DNA of 64,000 bases. It comes from Thecamonas trahens ATCC 50062. Taxonomy: Eukaryota > Protista > Apusomonadida. Shown piece after piece: positions 24,177 to 34,000 of the stretch. Location of the stretch: the NCBI RefSeq assembly GCF_000142905.1, contig NW_013657649.1, forward strand, positions 331,033-395,032, written 5' to 3'. The first letter of the stretch is position 1; the number at the start of each line of letters is the position of its first letter. The notes under the pieces are model-generated. The model worked only from the letters and a program-made list of their open reading frames with translations, was not told the DNA's origin and ran no database searches. The position numbers were made by a program, and so were the translations under genes.

Positions 24177-26647
24177 ATGGCATCACCGTCGCCGTCACAC
24201 CCGTCATCGTCGCACCCGCCATCGCCGTCATCGTCTCACGTGCAAGTCCACCCACCGCCGAACCATCCAAGCATAGCTGAGTCGCTCTATCTTCCGCGCC
24301 CGCTGACAGAGCATGTTCTGGAGCGAGTCTTTGCCATGGCTGGCGGTGTGTATTTGGTTGAGGTCGCCTCGCGCGCGGCTCATGTTCCGAACGATCAGGG
24401 CGTCTTTGCATCGCTTCCAAAGCATGTCGACGCCGTGCTTGTAGCCGGTGTGCTCGCGGATACGACACAGACACCGGCCTCGGGCACATCGAGCTCGTTC
24501 TTCCCCATGTCTGATGATTCGCCTGCGGCGTCGCCGCTGCCGTCGTCAGCATCGGCATCGTCGATCAGATCGTCGCCGTCAGACTCGGCTCTGGCGGGCA
24601 TCCATCGCCGGCCGTCGTCGTCGCCACTCTACGCAGAGTACATTCCGCCGATCTTTGAAGACTCGCCGGAAAATGCGAGCAGTGGGCAGGCGGCGAGTGA
24701 GCTCCCGCTGGCGCGGCCGCTTGAGTTTGGACTGCCTGGGCACGACGGAAGCGACGACGCGGATGACGACGACGACGACTTTGTGCTCATCGACTCGGAG
24801 TTTGAGGTCGATGCCGGCGAGCTGGTTGCGGCCGAGAGTTCGCCGTCGACCGAGGCAGCGCGTGCGGCAGCGCGTGCGGCGGCGAGCGGGGCTGTGACGG
24901 CCGCGCGGGCTGCGGGTGGCATGCTGTCGGCGGCAGGCGAGTGGATGACAACCATGTACAGCTCGGCGGTGGCACCGGCTGTGGCGTCGTCAGTCTCGTC
25001 GTCGTCAGCAGTGGTGGCGGCGGCGTACGAAGCGGTGCGCAACCCGTTTACTGGGGCGTACACGGCGAACGAGAAGCGGCAGATGGCCGGAGTGCTCTCG
25101 CTCTACGCCGAGCACGTGCTCGGGCCGAGCAGCGGGGCAGCGGGAGCGAAGAGTTTCCGCTCTGGCTGCGGATGGACGCCTCGTTTGACCACCCGCACTT
25201 TCGTGGTGTCAAGGCCGGCGACGTGCGTAAGGCCGCGTGGATCAAGCGGATGGGCTCTTCGCTACTCCGGCCGGTGGCAGAAGAGTTTGTCACGCTCATC
25301 TGCGCGTACCAGGAAGAGCGGCTGGCGCGAGTGACCGGCTCGGGCTACCCAGACGACCCGACCCACTGCGTGCTGACCGAACTGAAGGCCTGGGCACGCG
25401 ACTCGCTCTCGCACATGGCGCCAGGCGATGAGACGCACCAGGTGCTCAGGGCTCGGACCAGATACCTCAACGGACTGCTCGAGTCACGGCTCTTCCCGCC
25501 AGGCCGGACGTCGCGGACGTCGATGGCGCAGCTCCTGCTCTCGCTTGTCTCGCTGCTCGAGGAGCGTGTGCTGCCTGTGCTTGAGGCGCACGCGGCCAAG
25601 GCGGCGGCCCGCGAGCACCTGACCGCGCTTGGGCGGCACGCGTCGGCCTTTCTCCACCGGCTTGTTCTCTACCTGTTCTACATTGTGCGCGACACGCCGG
25701 CGCCGCGCAACGTGGCGGTCGCACACCTGCTAGGCGCCGTGGAGGCGCCAGCGGAACTGGCAGCTGCCCTCAGCACGGCGTCGGGCGAGGCGCTTGCGCT
25801 GCTCCTCGCCGCGCCGCTTGATCGACTCGGGGAAGGTTCCGTCACAGTTCCACGGCAGACGCTGCTCGCCGCGACGGCCGGGCGGGGTGGAAGAGGCGCG
25901 GACGTGCTGGCCACATCGACGCTCACGCCCGGCGGTGACACGTCGGCGCTCGGCCGGATGCCTGTGCTCGGCGACTCGCCGGCAAGCTCGTCGTCAGACT
26001 CGCTGTCGTCGGCGCTGGCGCTTGCGGCGGCGTCCGAGGTTTTGGCGCTCCCGGCACGGACGTCGCCGACCGAGTTTGTGGCGACGTGCTCGGCGCGGCA
26101 CGCGGCACAGGCCGGCATCGAGCTCGGCGTGGCGCACCCGTTTCGTGAGGACGCGGTCATGCACGCGCTTGCCTTTGTCCACGTCACCGCGCAAGAGTTA
26201 GCGCTCCTCGCGCATCTCTTTGCGCGGGCACAGGCACTGACTGGAGCCGGCGGCGAGCTGCTGCTCTACGGCCTCGCGCGTGACCAGCTCGAGCGGCTGC
26301 TCGACGCCGCGCTGCAGCTGGTCGCGGCGATGGGCGTGCATCTCGAGACGCTCAACACTCACACTCGGGCATACTCGCGGCGGATGGTCCGCGAGCGGAT
26401 CAGTGACAAGGCGTCGCTTGCGTGGCGGCAAAACTACGACGAGGTTGCCCACGTCCGGCCGCTCCTCCAGTCGTCGCTCGATTCGTTTGCTGATGTGGTG
26501 GGCACTATGCGCGCTGCGCTCGCTAGCTACAACCTCAGCAGTCAGCTGTCACGGGCGCAGTCGGCGGCGGCGGCGTTTGTGGCCCAGGCCGAGTCGTTTG
26601 TCCACGACACGTCGGTCCTCATCGAATCGGCGGTGTCACCGATGTAG
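24177..26647 (+). CDS. Hypothetical protein: low-complexity N-terminal half, alpha-helical C-terminal half; one missing base near 25140
   Basis: ORF 24054 (from ATG 24177) overlaps ORF 24941. Coding-like sequence switches frame in AGCGGGGCAGCGGGAGC (25131-25147), continuing as ...SEEFPLWLRMD. Confidence 0.7.
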
Positions 26648-26664
26648 CCTACCTGCGGCGAGAA

Positions 26665-28011
26665 CTACTTGCTCATGACGTACTCGGCGTCGCCGTGCTT
26701 GGACACGCCGCCGCGGGCGTGGGCAACAAGCCGATAGCCGGTGAGGATGGCAAACTGCTCGAGAGCGTCTGTGATGGAAAAGGCGCCGCGGGCGTGGCTG
26801 ATGCTGAACTTGATGTTGGGCGTGTCACGAGCGGTTTCTGCGTTGACTCTTGCAGTGTCCGGGTGGTCCTTGAGCCAACGGAGGAAGCGGGCGGCGAGCT
26901 GCTTGTCGCCAAAGCCGTGGGCGAGGTGGACGGTGATCGTGAGCGTCTTGGCCTTGGCGGTGGCGTACACGGTGAGATACTTGGCGGCCGGGACAAGGAT
27001 CGACGCGGCCGGGCGGGCGAGCAGCAGCTCGCGGACGGCGTGAACGCCCGCGCGGTTTTTCTTGCCGGCCACCACCGCAGACTTGGCCACGTACTCGAAC
27101 GAGACCAGCCGCCATCCGCCGAGCTTGTTCATCAGCTCCAGAAAGCCCATGGCCGAGAACCACTCGAGCGAATATTCGACGATGCCGCCCGAGTACATCT
27201 TGGACTTGGCCGTCCAGTCGTTTTTCTGCAGTGTCACCATAAACTCCTCCTCCGATCCGTGGAACCTGAACGCCACCTCGGGCTTGAACTGGATCTTGGT
27301 TCGGCTCTGATGAATGACCATGATCTGCAGGTAGGTGACCGACTTGGATGTCGAGGTGGAGCGCACATGTCGGGGCGCCGCAGCTTGCGGCGAGGACGTC
27401 ACCAGAGTCGGTGCAGGGCGAACCGGTGCGAGCGCTGGCGCCGGGCGAGGAGGCACGAGCGGAGACGGCGGATCTTCAACCTGAGCGCCACACGCTGCAA
27501 ACATGGCATCGAACTCGGTCACCTCTAGCTCATCCGGGACCCATTCTCGCACGCAATCCGATGACGCTGTCGACGACTCCGACGCATCGGATCCCGAGCT
27601 GGATCTCACCGAAGCGGCCCGCTGCGGAGTAGCGCCAGTGCGCGATGGCGGAGGAGATGCGGAGGATGAGGACGAGGAGGTCGACGAGGATGAAGAAACA
27701 TGTGGGCGGTGCTCGGGGCGAGGAGGCGCCGGACAATGAGGCGTCTTCCCAGCGATGGCGGGCGTGGCGGGTGTGGCGGCGTCCGCGGATGACGACGACG
27801 ATGAGGACATGGATGGCGAAGATGACTCTGACGACGACCGTGCATCGGCCTTGATCTCAAGCGTGTTTGATGTCGTTTTTCGTTCTGTCGACGAGGACGA
27901 TGCGGCAGAGGAGTGTGAGCTCGAGCCCGAGTCCGAGTCCGAGCCCGAGTCCGAGTCGTCCGAGAACACGGCATAGCTCGCGGTGAGGGTGTTTGCTTGC
28001 GGGGTGGACAT
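26665..28011 (-). CDS. Hypothetical protein: Ser/Pro-rich N-terminus, globular C-terminus with an internal duplication
   Basis: ORF 26665..28092, probable ATG 28011. Two similar segments: FLELMNKLGGWRLVSF and ITDALEQFAILTGYRLVAH. Confidence 0.7.
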   Translation of the reverse strand: MSTPQANTLTASYAVFSDDSDSGSDSDSGSSSHSSAASSSSTERKTTSNTLEIKADARSSSESSSPSMSSSSSSSADAATPATPAIAGKTPHCPAPPRPEHRPHVSSSSSTSSSSSSASPPPSRTGATPQRAASVRSSSGSDASESSTASSDCVREWVPDELEVTEFDAMFAACGAQVEDPPSPLVPPRPAPALAPVRPAPTLVTSSPQAAAPRHVRSTSTSKSVTYLQIMVIHQSRTKIQFKPEVAFRFHGSEEEFMVTLQKNDWTAKSKMYSGGIVEYSLEWFSAMGFLELMNKLGGWRLVSFEYVAKSAVVAGKKNRAGVHAVRELLLARPAASILVPAAKYLTVYATAKAKTLTITVHLAHGFGDKQLAARFLRWLKDHPDTARVNAETARDTPNIKFSISHARGAFSITDALEQFAILTGYRLVAHARGGVSKHGDAEYVMSK

Positions 28012-28163
28012 GGGTGGCGGTCGTGGTGTGTGGGGGTGGAGGGGGGGGGGGGGGGGGGGGAGGGCGAGAGCGAGCGAGTCAACTCGATGCACGACAAGCT
28101 GGTGGCTGGCTGTTTACGATTCGAAGCGAAAGGGGGAGGGGGGGAGGGCAGGTCAGGATGCGG

Positions 28164-29833
28164 TCAATAGCCACCGGCATCGATGACGGCCTCAAGGGCG
28201 TCGACGAGCTCGTCGGCGGTGGGACGGTCGGCGGGCTGAAAGGCAAAGCAGGAGTTGAGGAGCTGGCGGAGGAGGTCAGGCGCACGCTCGGGGACGGGCG
28301 GGGCGACGCGCTGGACGGCGAGCTTGGTGGCGATCTGGAAGAGCGAGTCGTCAACAAACGGCGGCTGGCCGGTGAACATGTGGACGACGGTGGTGGCCCA
28401 CGACCAGATGTCGCAGGCGGCGGTGAGCTTGCCGTCGAGGAAGCACTCGGGCGCAGCGTAGTTGGGCGTGCAGGCTTCGTTGCGGGTGGTGGCTAGCTCG
28501 CGCGAGGCGGCGTTGGCCACGACGCGGGCAAGGCCAAAGTCGGCGAGGACAAGGGTGTCGGCGGCGGCATCGACAAGTACGTTTGCCGGCTTGAGGTCGC
28601 GGACGACGATGCCCATGTTGTGCAGGTCGCGGAGGCCGAGCGCAATGTCGAGCGCCGCCGGCACAATGTCGACCGTCCGCATGCGGTGGCCTGGGCAGCC
28701 GTCGATGACGTCGTGGAGGCACCCGTCGTACAGCTTCATGACAAGGCACATCTTGTCTGGCAGCAGCGCGTAGCCGTAGAGTTTGCAGACATGTGGCGAA
28801 GCGTTGGCGAGCGCGAGCGCGTGGATCTCCTTGGTGACCTCGGCCTTGGCAGCTGCGCCGGGTACAGCCATGACCTTGACCGCCACAGCGGCGCCGGCGT
28901 AGGTCCCAAAGTGGATGGCGCCGTAGCCGCCCGAGTCGAACGACTCACCGACGACGAGGTCATCCGGCGTTATCTCGGCCGCCCATTCGAGGCTCGGCTG
29001 GGCATGCAGTAGCGTGCCGGCCTCGCGTAGCGACCGGACAGTCGCCCGCCGCGCGTGGCTGTACGTCACCAGCGGATCCGAGTCAGAGCCGGAGCCCGAG
29101 TCAGACGCGCGGCTCACGGCGGCCACAGGCTCCTCGCCCGACGCCACCCGCGCTTTGACGCGCCGTAGCTTGCGCCGGCGGGACCGCCGCTTCTCGGCGT
29201 CGGCGTCGGCGTCGGCGTTGACTGCGCGGCCTGCATCCTTGCTCGGCGCGGCCTCGTCGGCCACAGCACTCGAGCCGGTTCGCGCAGCCTTGCTCTTGCT
29301 CTTGCTCTTGCTCCCACGTTTGGCCTTGCGGCGCTTCTTCTTCTTTCGCCGCACATCAGCGCCTCCGAGCGCCTCGGCAATGTGCAACAGACCGAGCTCG
29401 TTGGCCAGCACCTGCGGGCTCCACTCATCGCGATAGAAGCCGCCGTCAAAGTCAAAGCCGTGGTACAGCGCCACCTCTCCCGGCGCCAGCACATCGCAGC
29501 CGGCTGCCATCAGCGCGCGCACCATCTCGACCTCTCGGCGGAGGACAGCCAGGTGCAGCACGGTGCCCGAGACAAGGTGATCACAGCCAGCTGCAGTTCG
29601 ACGAGGCCACAAGTATCACCCCTCAGCCGAGATGGTGAGTCTTCCTCCTCTGTCCTCCACCCGCGCCCTCCCGCCTTCCATCCTCACTCCCCATCCGTAC
29701 CGATGTCCGAGGTCAGATCGAATGCGTAGGGTGCAGCCAGTGGCGCAGCCGTGGCCTCACCCGCAGCCAAGGCTACCACCTCGTCCACACTTCCAGACCG
29801 CACAGCAGCTTCAAGAGCCAAAGCAGAGGCCAT
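28164..29833 (-). CDS. Ankyrin-repeat TKL-like protein kinase; join(29833..29701,29590..28164)
   Basis: Intron 29591..29700 (GTACGG...ACTCAC...CTGCAG) gives a continuous frame. Ankyrin GTVLHLAVLRREVEMVRALMAAG. Kinase motifs SGGYGAI, VAVK, VRDLKPAN, DFG, TPNYAAPE, DIWS, RPTA. Confidence 0.88.
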
Positions 29834-30123
29834 GGCCAAGTGTGACGTCTGTGCGTGAGCGAGTGGTAGTACGTGCGGTGTGTGCTCTTGAGTCTGTGGC
29901 CTCCTTGCTCAAAGTGCGACTCGTGCTGGCCCTGCCAAGGGCTTAGGGCTTGGGGCTTGGGGCTTGGGCGGGGCTTGGGGCGGGGGGCAGCAGGGGGCAG
30001 AGAGAGACAGAGAGAGAGAGAGGCAAGGCCTGATCCTCCATTCGTTTGTCTTGCTGCCCTGCCGATACCCCTCGATCCGCCCGATCCACCGTTCCACCCA
30101 TCTTCCCCCCTCCCCCCCCCCCC

Positions 30124-30972
30124 NNNNNNNNNNNNNNNNNNNNNNNNNNNNNNNNNNNNNNNNNNNNNNNNNNNNNNNNNNNNNNNNNNNNNNNNNNNNN
30201 NNNNNNNNNNNNNNNNNNNNNNNNNNNNNNNNNNNNNNNNNNNNNNNNNNNNNNNNNNNNNNNNNNNNNNNNNNNNNNNNNNNNNNNNNNNNNNNNNNNN
30301 NNNNNNNNNNNNNNNNNNNNNNNNNNNNNNNNNNNNNNNNNNNNNNNNNNNNNNNNNNNNNNNNNNNNNNNNNNNNNNNNNNNNNNNNNNNNNNNNNNNN
30401 NNNNNNNNNNNNNNNNNNNNNNNNNNNNNNNNNNNNNNNNNNNNNNNNNNNNNNNNNNNNNNNNNNNNNNNNNNNNNNNNNNNNNNNNNNNNNNNNNNNN
30501 NNNNNNNNNNNNNNNNNNNNNNNNNNNNNNNNNNNNNNNNNNNNNNNNNNNNNNNNNNNNNNNNNNNNNNNNNNNNNNNNNNNNNNNNNNNNNNNNNNNN
30601 NNNNNNNNNNNNNNNNNNNNNNNNNNNNNNNNNNNNNNNNNNNNNNNNNNNNNNNNNNNNNNNNNNNNNNNNNNNNNNNNNNNNNNNNNNNNNNNNNNNN
30701 NNNNNNNNNNNNNNNNNNNNNNNNNNNNNNNNNNNNNNNNNNNNNNNNNNNNNNNNNNNNNNNNNNNNNNNNNNNNNNNNNNNNNNNNNNNNNNNNNNNN
30801 NNNNNNNNNNNNNNNNNNNNNNNNNNNNNNNNNNNNNNNNNNNNNNNNNNNNNNNNNNNNNNNNNNNNNNNNNNNNNNNNNNNNNNNNNNNNNNNNNNNN
30901 NNNNNNNNNNNNNNNNNNNNNNNNNNNNNNNNNNNNNNNNNNNNNNNNNNNNNNNNNNNNNNNNNNNNNNNN
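30124..30972. other. Assembly gap
   Basis: Run of N. Confidence 0.99.
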
Positions 30973-31223
30973 GCCCTCGCCGACTACCCCTCCGATCCGC
31001 CCGACTCCACCCGTTCCCACCCATCTTCCCCTACCCCCCCCCCCCCCCCCCCCCCCCCTCCCCCCCTCCCTCCCCAGTCAGCCCGATTCCAACCACCAGC
31101 CGAACATCGAACACCACCCCACCCCGACCACCCGACCACCCCACCCCACCACTCGACCACCCCCATCCCGACCACCCGACCACCTCACCCCGACCACCCT
31201 ATCTTCCGACGACTGCAGGGATC

Positions 31224-32126
31224 ATGTCGTCATCATCCGACACGCCATGGGCACCGAGCCCGGCAGCATTCGAGTCGTGCGAGCCAAAGTGGTTGGCGGA
31301 GCAAAGGGTCGATGCGTATGGAGAGCGCTCGGTCCGCTTCCAGGAGGTTCTCCTCGTCACGGCTGTTATGGCTCCGTTTGTGGCGCTGCTTGCGGCGGTG
31401 GATGGCGCCGATGCGAAGATTACCTTGGCGGTCATTGTTCTCACTGTCTTCTACATCATACATGTGGTCCTTGCCATCATGTGGGCCCGCTCTCGTGCCC
31501 GTGTTGTGCTCTTCTTTGAGATCTTTGCCCTGATCTTGTTCTTTGCCATTGCTGTTGCTGTCGTCATCGCTGTCCTCGAACGCATCATCGTCGACGGGGA
31601 GACCGGTATCCAAATCCTCAATCTGTTTCTCTCGCTGCTGGTGGCTGGTGTCTTTGCCGGCGCGTTGTACTTTCTCGTGCCCATGCGGCGAATCCTCAAC
31701 TCCGAGTTCAGGGTTGCGCAAATGGAGGCGCTACGGTCAAGGCGGTCGCGCTCACGGTTGCGTTCCCGATCGCGTTCGCGATCGCGTTCGCGGTCGCGTT
31801 CCCGATCGCGCCGTCGCTCACCGTCGCTCTCTGACTACACCAGCTCAAACTCAGATTGGTCGCGCGGCGAGCCACGACACCCCGCCAGGGGCAAGGGCAA
31901 GGGCAAGGGCAAGGGCAAGGGTAAGAGCAAGGCATCTGCCGATCTTGACCGCTACACTGTCGACTCGGAGCAGTCCCTGTCGTCGGCGAGCTCGTCGTCG
32001 CCCTCGTCCGACTCGGGCCCGGCACAGGTCCCGGCCGGTACGGGCGGCGGCAAGGGTGGCAAGAAGAGCAAGGGTGGCAAGGGCGGCGGCAAGGGCAGCA
32101 GCGACAGCCGCAAGGCCCAGGTGTAG
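31224..32126 (+). CDS. Hypothetical four-TM membrane protein with RS-dipeptide and GK-rich C-terminal tail
   Basis: Four hydrophobic segments, then (RS)n and (GK)n. The start may lie upstream, because there is a possible acceptor CTGCAG at ~31213-31218 next to the gap. Confidence 0.72.
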   Translation: MSSSSDTPWAPSPAAFESCEPKWLAEQRVDAYGERSVRFQEVLLVTAVMAPFVALLAAVDGADAKITLAVIVLTVFYIIHVVLAIMWARSRARVVLFFEIFALILFFAIAVAVVIAVLERIIVDGETGIQILNLFLSLLVAGVFAGALYFLVPMRRILNSEFRVAQMEALRSRRSRSRLRSRSRSRSRSRSRSRSRRRSPSLSDYTSSNSDWSRGEPRHPARGKGKGKGKGKGKSKASADLDRYTVDSEQSLSSASSSSPSSDSGPAQVPAGTGGGKGGKKSKGGKGGGKGSSDSRKAQV

Positions 32127-32159
32127 AAAAAAGCCCGATATGTTTACGTCTCTATCGAC

Positions 32160-33127
32160 TTAGCCAGTAATGACGCGGTAGATGCCGTTGGCAGCGGCCG
32201 CGAGGCGCTGCATGTTCTGGGCCGCCACCGGGTCGGAGGCGCCGGCGATAAAGGCGATGGTGTTGACCGACTTGTCCGAGCCGGCCCACGCCTTGGCAGC
32301 CGAGATGATGCCGTCGATCGAGGTGTTGGGCTCACCGTCGGTGAGCAGGTAGACGCCGATGCAGTTGGGGTCATCGAACGCGAGCTGCAGGCCCTTGAGC
32401 ATGGCGGTCGAACCGCCGGGCGACATGTTGGTCACAAACGAGACAGCCGACGCAATGTTGGCCGTGTTGACGTCGACAACGCCCTGCTGCCAGGCCGTGG
32501 CCGACGATGCAAACTCGACAACGTTAAACTGCTGCTCGTCGGTGAGGACGTCGGTGATGATCTCGGTGAGCGCGGTGCGAACGGCGGCCATGCGCGAGGT
32601 CGAGCGCGAGCCGTGGTCGTACGAAAACGTCGTCGACATCGAGCCCGAGGTGTCGACCACAAAGACAATGCGCGGGATGTTGGTCACATCGCCAAAGATG
32701 CAGTTGCGGTCCGGCGTGGCCGCCAGAATCTCAAGCGCGTCGCGCTTGTTGAACGTGTTGCTGAACGTCGCCAGAATCGTCGCGTTGTTCGCCTTCTTGT
32801 CCACAATCATCGGCGAGAGCACCTTGAGTACGTCGAGCGAGTTCAGCTCCGACGAGAAGACATGGAGCACGTCAACAGCATCGTCGCACGTCAAGTCGAG
32901 CACGTTCGACGAAATGGCGGTGAGCACGTCAATGGCCACGAGCGAGTTGGGGAACGCCGTCATCAGCTGAGCCGTCTGCTGGCCGCTAAAGCCGGGATGG
33001 TTGGCCGCGACAAACTTCTCCACCATGTCCTGACGATCGAATGAGCTGGAAGTCGACGTCAGGTTCGACATCAGCTCCGAAAAGGTGGCGTCGTTAACGC
33101 CGCCATCTGCGCGGTCGAGGTGAGTGG
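32160..33127 (-). CDS. DUF4476-like helical region plus von Willebrand factor A domain protein (last exon; 5' exon probably in or near the gap)
   Basis: MIDAS motif VFVVDTSGSM, QFNVVEF, GGST, YLLTDGEP, VNTIAF. Acceptor TTTTTTTTTCACAG ends at 33128. Confidence 0.8.
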
Positions 33128-33407
33128 CTGTGAAAAAAAAACCTCCACACGGACACAAATCCGATATCACGTGCGGACTCTGCCGACTTGAACGTGGAGC
33201 TGTAGAAGGGGACAGGAGGGAACAGATAGAGAGAGAGGAAAGAGAGGGCATGCTGGGGATGCCTACAATGAGCATTGGCATGCAAATGTGTGGGTGGTCG
33301 TCGTGGGGAGCGGTAATGGAGGGCAGCGGGGAGGGAGACGGCAATAATGCGCATGTGCCACCCATGATTCACGAAGGTGGGGATCAATGCCGCCCCCTCC
33401 CCCCCCC

Positions 33408-33874
33408 NNNNNNNNNNNNNNNNNNNNNNNNNNNNNNNNNNNNNNNNNNNNNNNNNNNNNNNNNNNNNNNNNNNNNNNNNNNNNNNNNNNNNNNNNNNNN
33501 NNNNNNNNNNNNNNNNNNNNNNNNNNNNNNNNNNNNNNNNNNNNNNNNNNNNNNNNNNNNNNNNNNNNNNNNNNNNNNNNNNNNNNNNNNNNNNNNNNNN
33601 NNNNNNNNNNNNNNNNNNNNNNNNNNNNNNNNNNNNNNNNNNNNNNNNNNNNNNNNNNNNNNNNNNNNNNNNNNNNNNNNNNNNNNNNNNNNNNNNNNNN
33701 NNNNNNNNNNNNNNNNNNNNNNNNNNNNNNNNNNNNNNNNNNNNNNNNNNNNNNNNNNNNNNNNNNNNNNNNNNNNNNNNNNNNNNNNNNNNNNNNNNNN
33801 NNNNNNNNNNNNNNNNNNNNNNNNNNNNNNNNNNNNNNNNNNNNNNNNNNNNNNNNNNNNNNNNNNNNNNNNNN
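33408..33874. other. Assembly gap
   Basis: Run of N. Confidence 0.99.
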
Positions 33875-34000
33875 CGACCCCCCCCCCTCCCCCCCCCACA
33901 CTCCCCACACTCCTCGCACTCACCCCACTCCACAGGAGCAGACCGAGCTGTATAGTGCTTGCACTACGCCTCCTCCCTCCTCCTCTCCCACACACGGACC

